A DNA stretch of 64,000 bases from Torpedo marmorata (Eukaryota), in the NCBI GenBank assembly GCA_977017645.1, contig OZ360245.1:37820001-37884000 (forward strand). The letters run 5' to 3'. Below the pieces are notes generated by a model that saw only the letters and a program-made list of their open reading frames with translations, did not search any database and was not told where the DNA came from. Shown here in pieces: positions 36,200-48,810 of the stretch (position 1 is the stretch's first letter; every line of letters begins with the position of its first letter). The translations under genes were made by a program, and so were the position numbers.

Positions 36200-37910
36200 A
36201 AGATACGAGTTCAAATTGCACTGTGGCAGCTGGGAATTTAAATTGGGCATTAAGTAATCCAGGGTTAAAAAGGAAAGTGATGGGAGAAATACCACAAGGG
36301 CAAAATTGGCTTCACCTCATCCTCAGCAACCTGTCTGGAATTAAAGGAATTAGTTCATGGCATTATGGTCAGGAGTGTCAGTTTGGAGACTTTGTCCTGT
36401 ATTCATACTAAAGATACCATTCATTGTGCCTCTGTGGTACTACATTGAGGTAAATCAGATAGATTTGAGACAAATTTATTGTATTTCACCGTAATCTCAT
36501 GTCCAACAAAATCAAAAGTGATTCAGGATGAATCCTATTTCAATAAGGAGCGCTAAAAACCTTCAGGTGGGGCAGAAGGCTATTGTGATGATGAAGTCCC
36601 AAGTGGATGAAACTGTTGCACAAGGTGCTTGAAATGTACCGGGGGTGTAGGTTAATTGGGTGTAAATTGGGCGGCACGGACTCATGGGCCGAAATGACCT
36701 GTTACCGTGCTGTATGTCTAAATAAAAAAGACAACACGCATCCCAAACTGTAATGACAGTCAGTTATAATTGGCACTGAGTGATCTTACAAAATTGGCCA
36801 GCATGCTCTGTCTGGACAATGTATGATGCTGGGCAGTTCAGCATGTAACTGGAGAAGGTGGGTTCTCGGACCATCCGCATCGTCTCAACAGCACATGAAG
36901 ACCCAAGACAAAGCTGAAGCCCTTGCGACACCTTAAGCCTGCACTGCTCAGCGATTGATTTGCCTTGGCTTCTTCCTAAGGCCCAATCAATCTCAGAAAC
37001 CAGGCTTAAGTCAGTTTGAAGGCATCCATGCGAAATGAGGACATGTTGAGTGCACTCGATGCAGCACAGACAAAATGCCATGAGTGATTGTCAGGCTATT
37101 CAAGTACAGCTGTAACACTGGCATCTGCCTTGCAAAGTGGAAAATTACCTCGTTACGTCCTGACAGCAAAAAGCAGAACAAATATAATCCAGCCAGTTAT
37201 CCATCCCATCAACCCACCTTCCATCATTAACAAATTGATAGAAGGTGTCATCTGTTATGAAGCGATATTTTACCACGATTAACCTCTACACTGATGCTCA
37301 GGCTAGGTTACAGGAGGAGCATGGCTCCATGAAGCAGCCTGCTTTACTGGCACTTCATCCACAAAACCTATCTGTCCGAAAGGAATTAGTTCATGGCATT
37401 ATGGTCAGGAGTGTCAGTTTGGAAACTATGTCCTGTATTCATACTAAAGATACTATTCATTGTCCCTCTGTGGTACTACATTGAGGTAAATCAGATAGAT
37501 ATGAGACAAATTTATTGTATTTCATGTCCAACAAAATCAAAAGTGATTCAGGATCAATCCTGTTTCATTGAAGAGTGCGACATCACTGGCACACCTGGCT
37601 GCAGTGTCGACTACAACATGCACCCTGGCAGCAGATCATGACTTCAACTGCACCCAAACCCATAAGCTTCTGGATGGGCAAGGGCAACACAGATGAAGGT
37701 AGTCACCTGCAAGTCTCACTGCAGATCACACATGGTCCTAATGTGCAAATGTATTTCTATTCCATCATTGTTTATTTTGCCGAACGCTGGATCTACCCTG
37801 CTAACAAGGTTGTGGGGTTATTTTGCAACATGGACAGCATTGTATCAAGAAAGCAATTCTGAAGAAGAATTATGGATGCAAAATAAACTCCAGCCTTGCC
37901 CGTGAAGCTT
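36200..37910 (+). mobile_element. Old degraded LINE (RTE-X-like, tentative) with internal duplication
   Basis: Scattered ORF2-like remnants and a tail like 8600-8985. A ~200-bp block is repeated at 36343 and 37379. Confidence 0.45.
36636..36728 (+). mobile_element. SINE 3' half
   Basis: GTACCGGGGGTGTAGGTTAATTGGG...GTATGTCTAAATAAAAAA. Confidence 0.85.
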
Positions 37911-39837
37911 TGTGATTGAGGAAAAAAACAGTAAGAAGATGTGATTGTACCATGTACTCCTGGGAGTTGACTAAACTCGATGCGAATAACCGTATTGGAG
38001 ATGTAGAGATTTCCATGTTACATTGACTTTAAGGAAAGACATAGCCACCATAAAGTCATTGCACTGAGCTGTGATATCCCCAAGTAGCCAAGTAACCTGC
38101 TAATCCTCTGAGTGTAGGCTTCCATGAAGAATACTCATGTAGTAGGGATATTTGAGAGCAAATTTGAAACCAGAACAAGCAACCAAGAAGCATACAGAGT
38201 AAAAAAAAGTGAAACAGCAGTTTCATGAATCACAAATTTACTTTTCTTTTTAAAATATTTTTATTGAGTTTAACATTATAAACATGTATACAGAAAAAAA
38301 ATATTGAGAAAAACACATAAAAAGTCATCTCATATTCATACATATATAAAGAAACAACAAATGGAACTGCATTAACCAGTTCCGAAATTCAAATGAGAGA
38401 CAAGCTATGAATATACTGTAAATTCATGTTAAGGCTCATATTTCAAATTATTAAACTAAAAGAATAATATAAAAGAAAGAAAATTTTTTTTACGAAGTTG
38501 CTGTCTGCACCAAAAATTACTATCCTATCTGATAACATAGTGAATGCATTAGCGTACTAGAAATCATAGTGAGATAGCATTTGGAAGACTGTAATTGCGG
38601 AAAGGTATAATGCTGACAATTATTCAGATAACTGTGACGAAAGTTAATCAGAGAATTACATAATTAAAGAAATGTTCTCTGGTCTCATTGAATTGGCTAA
38701 TTTGACTTAATAATGTTTGACATTTGACATATAGAGAGGATACCAGTTTTCCAGCACACAAATTATCATGCCGTCTGTATTTCTAAAGCAACAAATGACA
38801 TTGCGATTGTAAGCATAATATATCACGCTACTAGAAGGAACCGTAACTGTGATAAATTTCTGATTGGATTTCTCAGCATCCTTTGGAAGGTGGATGTGGT
38901 TTGATTCTTGTAGACCTGTTTGGGTCTCCCACATTTGGGTCTTTAAGGCAAGTGACCGTGAAACATGCCTCATTGGCTTTAGATATTAACTTTCATGCCA
39001 ATTGCTGTTTCAGGATGGCATAACAAATGGACTTTACCTGCTGCCTGCAAACACCAGAGCTCCTTCCTTGCCCAGGGATACCCATGAGAGTGACAGAACA
39101 GAAAGTTGCCCTCAGGCACCATCTGCTACTGCCATATTCCACTCAAAGCACTGCCTGCACATCTGTCGCAGGGAGCAACCTTCCTGACAAGTTATTTTGA
39201 TGGATTTCATCTGCGTTTCTCAGTTTTGTTTCGTGTTTGAACTGCTTAAAGGATGAACGTTAATCCTTGCTTGCCTGAACACCGAAATGTGACCTTGCAG
39301 ACCAAGGAGCTGTGCCCAAACCATTAAAGATATGTGACGGGGTCTTACCAATGTGAAATAAAGTTGTCCTGATGCTCCTGGCAGTCAGTTGTGCTGCTTC
39401 TGGCTGCTCCAAAGAGAGCTGGTTCTTCTGATTGTGTCAGCAGGATGCCAAATCAGTTCCCAAAACCATCCCTTGCATTTATATGGTATCTTTAATATCC
39501 CTCATTAACATGAGAGTGGCTTGATTTAAAATGTGGCATTGATTCATCTCAGGATAGCTGACTGAACACTTGCTCAAATAGGTGTTAGGAAATGTTTTAA
39601 AGGAGGAAAGAAAAATTCAAAGTTTCATGGAGTGAGTAGAAAGTCACGGCCTTTATTGAAGAGACAAAATAGCTCAAGGATTCATGATGATAGAGATGAA
39701 AGCTCAGAGTATTTTGGGGGCTGGTGTCATCCATTATCAGCAACGTTATATTTCTTGTTGAGTTGAATGGGCAATAATGGTTCCTTTGTCTTTGATTTTT
39801 TTACTATTTTCCATTAAATTTGCATAGCAACATGCTA

Positions 39838-40080
39838 ACCGCGCCACAGTTAGCGCAATGCTATCACAGCGCCAGTGACCCGGGTTTGATTCTGGCGCTG
39901 TCTGTAAGGAGTTTGTACGTTCTCCCCATATCTGCAAGGGTTTTCCCCAGATGCTCCGGTTTCCTCCCACCTTTCAAAACGTACAGGGGTTGCAGGTTGA
40001 TTGGTATATTTTGGCGGCACAGACTTGTGTGCTGGAAGAGCCTGTGACCTCGCTGCACCTCAAACTTTTTAAAAAAAAAT
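39838..40080 (+). mobile_element. Diverged SINE
   Basis: Head, V core and tail, with more substitutions than other copies. Confidence 0.85.
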
Positions 40081-41869
40081 GAAACATTGTTCAATCTGTC
40101 AGCTAGGTTCCGTTATGGTAAAGTTTGCTCTCAACCTCCACATCTCCACCCCAGTTGTACCCATAACAAGTTATGTGGTTTCTTTGGAGTTATGCTTTAC
40201 CCCAGGCCATTTTGAGATGGCAGAGTAGCCTCAGTGTTGATGGGAAGCCACGAGTGAAGGGCAGCTTCTACACTCAAATCGGCAACCATCTGCTTGCGAC
40301 ATCGGCATGCTCTCTGCTGCCTGCACTGCTGGGTTGAGCTGGCAGCTGTTCACTTTCTTTGTCGGGTTTTGGACAAATCTATGGAGGAAGCAGATTTTTT
40401 TCAAATAATAGGATGTCATTTTGGAGGCCTCCCAATTTCCCACCACAATCTTGTAAAGCAGAAAGAGGCTGTAGGTGTAATGATTTCACACAAAATGCTA
40501 CATTTGTATTTCAGATGCCAGCAACTGAAATAATTGGGGTAGTCTTACTGTGCAAATGACCAAATGTAAAGTTTGGTGATGTATCTGAATTTAAGACCCA
40601 GTTTGTATTACCAGGTGGGTTAAATTATGCTTCTTCATTCATTCTGTGTAATGCTGGAAATGATACAGAAAACAATTTGAGCTGAGTTTACAGAAATGAG
40701 ATATTAATATGGGTCCTCAGTCAATGAGAGGCCATCATTATATCAGGAAATCGTAGAGGCTCATTGCACTGTTCATACTGCATTACTGTGAAGTGTCTTG
40801 ACTTTGCTTTGATGAAAAAAATGTGCACTGTAATTCCAATACAAAACACCCACGTTGAAGGTAAGTAGTTTGAAAATGCCACATTTGGGTCGCCTCTTAC
40901 AGCAGTACGACCTGATATAACTAGAAAGCTTTGTTTTCTCCTCACCAAAAATGGAATGCAGAACTGGCAGTATCTCTTGGGTCTTTTGGGTCACAAACCA
41001 GTCTTTGCAGTGTCACAGCGCCCCGTATTAGATTAAGTACTAGATGTTTTCAGTACACTGGTACAATACAGGTTCGTGTCAAACTGCAGTTTCCAAATGC
41101 AAACCTATGTACCCTATAAAATTTATTAAGGTTGTAATGAATGGGATTGCTTCGGCTTGAAGTTAATCTTTTTGGTGACATGTTACACACCACAAACAAT
41201 TTCAGCTCTGCATTTCCTTTAAAAGGTGGAGATACAACATAATGTTGAGCAATATTGTTCTGACTGAAGGTGTGTCAGATTTATTGCAAAAGGTGAAAAC
41301 AAAATAGATAAAACATAATTTGTGCAGTTTTGATATTTTAAGCATGCTTAAATGTCACTTGCAATGTGTACATATTATCAAGGTAGAATTTAAAGGATTT
41401 TTTCTGAGTAATTTTGGCATTCTTTAAACTCTATCACTCTTGTGATACAGAAAGAAATTTAATGGACCATGAACAAAAGCTAGACCTCTTATTTGTATTA
41501 AAGTGCAAACTTGCTTTATTGATCGTGATAAAGTTCTGTCTAATCCAGAGATAGTTGTATAATATTAATCGTTCCTCCTATTTGAGCATTTGGAGGGTGT
41601 AGGAAACAATTTGGTTACATTGATGTGTAGTATGTCAAGCCTGACGCACACTCTCAAAATTTCGGTGGGCACAAAACCTCTTCATAGTTACAGAAATTCA
41701 TGATCAGTGAGTTCTGTATCTCATCACTGAAACAAATTTCTTCCCACTGTCATTTCACATACCGATGATAACATCTTTGCCATGGGATGTCAATAATTTG
41801 CCTGTCATCTTTTGTTGGTAATAATTATGTTGTGCGAAGTGGAAATATTTGGATAAGTAAACATGGACT

Positions 41870-42225
41870 TGTAGCCGCCCGCGACCTACTCCGCAGGCCG
41901 ACACAGGGAGCGGTAGTCGAACGCGACGATCGCGCAGGCGGCACGTGATCCGGACGACCTGTTCCCATAGGCCACAACGGCAGGGAGGAAACAGGCCAAT
42001 CCCCGATGATGGATCGTGGCCCGACCAATCCTGGGCGTCGCATCTCAGGCCACGCCCCATCGGTGACGCGGCAGCCCGGCTTGGCCCGCCTATAAAAGGC
42101 AGAGCCGACGGCAGAGTAAGCAGTTCTGTCTCGATGCTCAGAGGGTGCGCATCTCCTCTTGAGCTCCAGAACTAGAGCGATAACCGACTCGACACGCAGA
42201 GCTATAACCGTAGCGACGCGCTACA
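41870..42225 (+). mobile_element. Young CpG-rich solo LTR (356 bp, Gypsy-like)
   Basis: TGTAGC...GCTACA termini, flanks GACT/GGCT (4-bp TSD, 1 mismatch), two CCAAT boxes, GC box, TATAAAA at 42091. Confidence 0.8.
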
Positions 42226-42914
42226 GGCTACTGATATTAGAGGAATAACACAGTAATGAGAAAGGATTAATTAAGTGGAGATGGAAACCAAGAAGATATT
42301 GGAAGGGATGATACCACTACAAGGATGCGGTTCTCCTTTGAGCAAAGTCCACCATAGCTTAATAAAATGTTGTACATTCGTAATCATTTGGGGCTTGAGA
42401 AAGGTTTCAATATGTGACAGTCTGCACTAACCATCTCCCAATAGTTAGGTTCAATTTCAAGCCAGATCATCCATTTTATGATACCATTATTGTGTGACTG
42501 CCTGTACTTTGCAAAACATCATTCTTTTTGTGTCCTGCATTGCACTTGGTGAGCATTTGGCGCACCTTCACTTTTTAATGACTGGCTGTAGTCCAACTCT
42601 GATGGTGAGGATGAAGTTCTCCTCCCCTCTCTTGGACACCCACTGTCTGGGCCCTGCATAGAATCGTCCGAAGTATTGGCACAGTGTTTAGTAATAACTC
42701 CTGCACGAGGAGAAAGGGGACTGGCAAGTTCACATTTTCCAAAATTTATGTCCTTTGGGATTATTACCTTTGTGAAGGTGAGAAGGAAGGAAGGGGCAGG
42801 GAGCGATTCCTTGCGAAACTGAGAGAGACGAAAACTTCTGATGTGTGCCTGCATGGGGAACAAAAAACCTTTTTCTCCTCCATCACTGCAACCAATCTTT
42901 ATAATGCATCATGA

Positions 42915-43272
42915 GTAAAACACGAAAATCTGTAGACACCGTGGTTGAAGTAAAAAACACAAATGCTGGAGAAACTCAGCAGGTCAAACAGTGTCTTTTA
43001 TGTAGCAAAGGTAGAAATACATAACCGACGTTTCAGGCTTGAGCCCTTCATCAAAGTATAAGAAAATGCCGGCAGGCGTCCGAACAAAAGAGTGAGGGGG
43101 GAAGGGGAAGGGGGGTGGCAAAGGCAGGAGATGATAGGTGGAGAAAGGAGGGAGGGGACAGCAGCAAAGAGGGGGAGGAGGGATGGCTGGGTGGGTGGAA
43201 AAAAACAGGAAGGACATGTGAGGGGGGAGGGGAAGGAAAAGACAAGCAGGTTTAGTGGAAAGCAGAAAAGTC
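42915..43272 (-). mobile_element. Penelope 3' terminus/pLTR insertion
   Basis: Reverse complement of ~22335-22670. AATGCATCATGA is repeated at 42903-42914 and 43273-43284. Confidence 0.85.
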
Positions 43273-43772
43273 AATGCATCATGAATTGGATACTTAACCA
43301 AGTTTTCTCTCGAATGCTTTTGAATAACTCGCTTGAGAATAAATAAATTCATGCAAACGATATTAATTGAGTGTCAGTTTTTCACTGATGCCTTCTGTTC
43401 AGAAATATATTTTTACTTCAGTGCTAAAGATTTTCTTTGTTATTTATATGTAGTATCATAAAGAATGTGAGGCTTCCAACATGTATGGTTTTGCTGCTGC
43501 TCTGGCTTCAGTGTGCAGGGTCTTGCTCCCATATTGTTCAGTAATGCGATCAAGGACCTGAGAAAATTGTAGAACAGAAGGAAACAAGTTTGTGGACTGG
43601 TGTCCTCTCACCAAGACCCATTGACATTTGACCACATTTCCTAAAGGTACCAATCTGTGTGAGTACGAATCCACAGGATCAGGGTCCATGAATTCAAGCT
43701 CACATTATCTGTGACCTTGAGCCAACAAGAAGGATTTATCTCACAGCCATGCTGTCGTGTTATATCCGTGTG

Positions 43773-44942
43773 CAGGGCCGGATTAACGTAGTAGCGAAAG
43801 TAGCATATGCTATGGGCCCCAGATTTTCAAGGGCCCCCGCGTTTATGTACTATGAATTATGAGAAACATTTTAGCCTATTATCACCTTTAATCGGGGTTA
43901 TTAACACAGACTATGAGTGTGTTGTATCTCATAGCCACTGCACAAATTGTGCAGCCTGCACCGGCTATGAGATACAACACACTCATAGTCTGTGTTAATA
44001 ACCCCGATTAAAGGTGATAATTGGCTAAAATCGCTAACCTTAAATTTCAGGGGGGCGCCACTGTCCTCGCCTCGCCCGACCGCCTCGCTCCTAGCCCCGG
44101 TCGTCCCGTTCCCCCCCCCCCCGCCCACATCTAACTCCCAACGCAGCAGCAGGGGTGCAGTGCTGCCGGAGTTCACCGGAGCACCGCTCTGGCATGTGAT
44201 CGGGCCGCCCCGGCAGCTCACGGCAACGGCTCAATGCGGGAGCAATGGCCGTCTTCGTTACACATAATCCCCCACGCACTGGAACCGCTCTGCCAGCACC
44301 AGGGAAACGCAGAGCGGTTCCAGCTGCGTGGGGGATTATGGGTAACGAAGACGTCCATTGATCCCGCATTGAGCCAGCCACCAGCCGCCGTAAGTAAGTT
44401 TTGCTTTAACAAAATGTGTAAGTAAGTTTTAACAGGGGAGGGGGGGAGGGACGCAATTTCAGTGCTTGCCATAGGTGCTATGTTCCCTAGATACACCACT
44501 GGTAATCACTGAATATACAGTGATCTGAGAAAGCTAGTAACATTTCGTTAAGAATAATTAAGACTATTTCAAACTTACCAAAATGGACATGCAGTGTCAG
44601 AAACTCTCTCGGGAGGAGGAGGGGGGGGCGCCGCAGTTACACTTCCCCCTCACCGCGCATGCGCCAGTCGGCACTTCGTGTGCTGCCGTCAAACGTCCCC
44701 CTCACCGCGCATGGGCCAGTCGGCACTTCGTGTGCTGCCGTCAAACGTCCCCCTCACCGCGCATGGGCCAGCCGGCACTTTGTGTGCTGCCGTCAAACGT
44801 CCCCCTCACCGCGCATGCGCCAGTCGGCACTTCGTGCCCTGCCGTCACACTTCCCACTCACCGCGCATGCACCAGCCAGCACAATTTAGGGCCCCTTTAA
44901 AATAAATGCTACAGGCCCCCGCAATACCTTAATCCGGCACTG
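43773..44942. mobile_element. Non-autonomous hAT-type DNA transposon (1170 bp)
   Basis: TIRs CAGGGCCGGATTAA / TTAATCCGGCACTG; 8-bp TSD TCCGTGTG / TCTGTGTG (one CpG transition). Confidence 0.88.
44645..44880. repeat. 52-bp GC-rich minisatellite, ~4.5 copies
   Basis: Unit CCCCCTCACCGCGCATG(C/G)GCCAGTCGGCACTTCGTGTGCTGCCGTCAAACGT. Confidence 0.95.
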
Positions 44943-46768
44943 TCTGTGTGCCTTCGCTCCCCAGCAGAAGTCACTGGATTGTGATTAAGGGTATGGAAAG
45001 CAAGTTATCTTCTTTCCACCTCTGCTCTGAAGGGATTGAGTGAGGAATTCTCCCACTGCTACCCTCATTGAATGGTTTATGGAGACAGATTGGAGGTCGA
45101 AACTGGATGCCTCGATTCCATTTGATTGATTTGGCTATTATTAAATTACAGAGCACCTTGAAGGATCATTTTAATATCTGCATATAGATTGGATGCAATT
45201 TTGCATTAATGACAGGGCATAAAAACTATGATTGTGCATCTCATGAACAAGGAAGATTTTGGACAGATTGAAAATGCTTAAATCTGCAGCCTTCACATTT
45301 TTTCACAGTTCTGAATGCTGGTAACAAAGAGTTAAGAGAGAAGTTCTGCGAAAGAGAGACCTCAGCACTAATGGCCCAAATGGTGTTATAAATATCTTGC
45401 AAACTAGAAATTTATCTTTGGAAATGATTCTCTGGATTACAAAGCAGGTGGCAAGCGTGGTACAGTAGCAGAATGTGACCATTGCTCCTAACAGTGTGAC
45501 ATTAGCGGAATGGTTTTTGACAAGCTGCAGATGGGTTAAACTACTGAGGTTCTCTAAATATAGAGACACGGGAATGAACAGAGCTCACGCCGTGACAATT
45601 TGAAAAGAGGCTTGTGGCTTTTTAATAATGTGCCAGAGCAGCCTCAGTGGTGGGCCGGTTGGGAACTGCAATCACCACATCCATCTTGCGCAGGAAGAGA
45701 TACCCAGCAGGCTTCAGCTAATGCAGCCAGGTCCCTCACTCAGCTGGAGAAGACAGACTTGGAGATGGCAATCAAGGGTTGATTTGCCAACACATTTCTA
45801 ATGATTAAAACGTAATTAGCACAACTGAGCACCTCCTCCCCAGCTAATTTGAATGCATGCTGTGACAAACAGGCAGCCGGCTGCACTATGGCACAGCAGC
45901 AGATGGAAGCAGAGGCTGTGGGAGTCCAAAGCCATTTTGTGATTCGACTGTACGCATCAGAAAACCATCAGGATGCTGGGTTTTTATCAGGCCCTTGACG
46001 GCAACACGTCAAACTGGCACTGTCAGTTTCGACCGAGGCAATGGCAGCCATCCTTCATGCTGTCCCCACACTTGCAGCTAAGCAATCTGCAGCATTAACT
46101 TTTCTGAGCCGCAGTGAGGGCATGGCCCTTGCATATCTTTTCACAAGTCTGGTGTAGCAAATTGACAGGCTTGTGTTGCTTTGCTGTGGAATTTTAGATA
46201 CAAGGTTTTACTGAATGTCCTGTTTACCTTGTGTGGAAAATTACAATGCACCACACTTATGCTGCTCACAGTACAAATGTATTTTCATTAATGAATCCAT
46301 CAAACTTTGCTTGCTTTGTAAATACCATTTTTACATATAATGAGTTGCTTCAGGTGATTGGCAAAATGGTCATAAAATCACCAGGTGATTATGCAGTCAT
46401 TGGAAATGATTTCCCAGATAATTTTGCTCATTTAGCATGTCACATTCTAAGATGAAAATTCATTGGACAAACTAAGCCTAATGATTGGGCAGGTTGGTTT
46501 GAATGAAGGTTGTTACAGTCCAGGGCTAATGCTCAAAGCATCAAACTTCGTTAAAATTAAATGGCTCCATTACAATGCAAATTTAGAGATCAAAATTAAT
46601 ATAAGACAATCTAACTTGAAATTCTTGGATGTTATCATACGTAAACCCTCATCATAAAATATATTTATGGCTCAGTTCTTAAATAAAATGTTTTTTTCTC
46701 ATTTGAAACTAGACATATGGGATTATTGGGGACAGAAAAGTTCAAAACCACTGAAATTGAAGATAATT

Positions 46769-46945
46769 AGGAGTTTGTACGTTCTCCTCGTGTCTATGTG
46801 GGTTTTCCCTGGGTGCTCCGGTTTCCTCCCACCGTTCAAAGCGTACCGGGGGTGTAGGTTAATGGGGTGTAAATTGGGCGGCACAGACTCGTGGGCCGAA
46901 ATGGCCTGGTACCGTGCTGTAGGTCTAAATTTAATTTTTTTTAAA
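46769..46945 (+). mobile_element. 5'-truncated SINE
   Basis: V core and tail, no tRNA head. Confidence 0.85.
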
Positions 46946-47072
46946 AAATGCATTTGAGTGCAATGTCGTCTACATGACCCTTTTGTGCGTAATATTATTG
47001 TAAATATATTATGTGCTAATCATCTGTACCAGCTTTGTTTTGATTTTCCTGTGGTCATCATAAAGATATCGA

Positions 47073-48215
47073 GTCATAGAATTTTACAGCACAGACACAG
47101 GCCTTTCAGGACATCTTGTCCATGCTGACAAGTTGTCTACCCAAGTGAATCCCATTTGCTTGTGTTCAACCCCTATCTCTCCAAGTCTTTCTTATCCATG
47201 TGCCTATTTAAATGCCTCCTCAATGTTACAATGGTGCCAGCCTCTACTACTTGCTCTGGCAGCTCACTCCATACACCTACCATCCTCTGTCTGAAAAAGG
47301 TGCCCCTCAGGTCCCTTTTAAATCTTTCCCTTCTCACTTTAAGTTGATGTCCTCCAGTTTTATGGGGGAAAACATTATGACTATTTACCTTATCTATTCT
47401 CTGCTTGATTTTGTAAACTTCTGTAAGGTTACCCCCTCAGCCTCTTACATTCCAGGGAGAAAAGCCCCTGCTTATCCAGTCTCTCCTTATAATTCAAACC
47501 CTCCAGTCTTGATTACATTCTTGTGAATCTTTTCTTCTCTCTTTCCAGCTTAATGATATCTTTCCTATAGCTGGGTGACTAGAAATGTGCGCAGTTCCCC
47601 AAATGTGGTTTCACCACTATCTTATACAGCTGTAACATGACATCTCACCTCCTGTACTCAATGCCCTGACTGATAAAGACAAGCCTACCAAAAGCCTTCT
47701 TCATCACCGTCTGCCTATGTCGCCACTTTCATGGAAGTATGCAACTTTACCCCTCGGTCTCTCTGTTCGACAACACTCTCCAAAGCCCTCCCATTCACTG
47801 TCTAAGTTGTGTTCCTGTTTAACCTCCCAAAGTGCAACATCTCACACCTTTCTGAGTTAAATTCCCTTTGCAATTTCTTGACCCATCTGGATCCTGTCAT
47901 AATCTCAGATAACTTCCTTCACTCTCCACTTTACCACCAATTTTGGCATTACCTACAAACCTAATAACCATGCTTACTACATGGACTTTACTAAGGCCTT
48001 TGACAAGGTTCTGCATGGTAGGTGGCTCCAGAAGGTCAGATCACATGGGATTCAGGGTGGGTTGGCCAATTAGACCAGAATTGGCTTGATAGTGGGAATC
48101 AGAGGGTGGTAGTGGAGGGTGGTTATTCATATTGGAGATCCGTGACCAGAGGCGTGCTGCAGGGCACAGTGCTGAGTCCACTGTTATGTGTCGTCTATAT
48201 TAATTAGTTGGATGA
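47073..48215 (-). mobile_element. CR1 LINE with inverted 5' segment
   Basis: 47073-~47978 is the minus-strand 3' part (tail to the FADD-equivalent FVGNAKIGG). ~47980-48215 is plus-strand DFTKAFDKV...QGTVLSPLL..YIN*LD. Confidence 0.8.
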
Positions 48216-48391
48216 CATCAGGATATGAAGAGTAGAGCAATGGTGCTTCTCTGCTCTTGAATCAGGTGATTTAGAAATTCCAGAATTCAACTCTGTGAGC
48301 ACAATAACAGTCTACCATGGGCCTTACATTTTGATCCATGCCATGTATGCTTCTTCAAAAACACAGTAACAGCAACAGATGCAGTGCCTTA

Positions 48392-48612
48392 ATTTTTAAT
48401 TTAATTTAGACATACAGCACGGTAACAGGCCATTTCGGCCCACGAGTCCATGCCGCCCAATTTACAACCCATTAACCTACACTCCCCGGTACGTTTTGAA
48501 GGGTGGGAGGAAACCGGAACCCCCGGAGAAAACCCACGCAGACACGGGGAGAACGTACAAACTCCTTACAGACAGCGTGGGATTCGAACTCTGGTCCGGT
48601 CCCAATCGCTGG
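48392..48612 (-). mobile_element. SINE, slightly 5'-truncated
   Basis: Reverse-complement copy extending through the B-box. Confidence 0.88.
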
Positions 48613-48810
48613 AACTAGGTGAATCATAGGGTACTCACACCGTAAACTGATCAGTGTTTCAGGACTTTTCCTTCCCCATTGAGATGTTCTCTTTTAAACT
48701 TTTCACAAATGCATGATCTATTAGTGGCTGTAATAACATGTTATTCTTAAAATCTGAATCTGAACAGTGAATGACACCAACCTGCTAAAGCATCATTCTT
48801 GGCCATGAAC

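Noticed and set aside
42519-42863. 114-aa minus-strand ORF with splice-like sites
   Set aside because: No recognisable domain, and all three frames are open in the putative exon, so it cannot be supported.
44645-44880. CRISPR-like array
   Set aside because: Head-to-tail units with no unique spacers, no cas genes, eukaryotic context.
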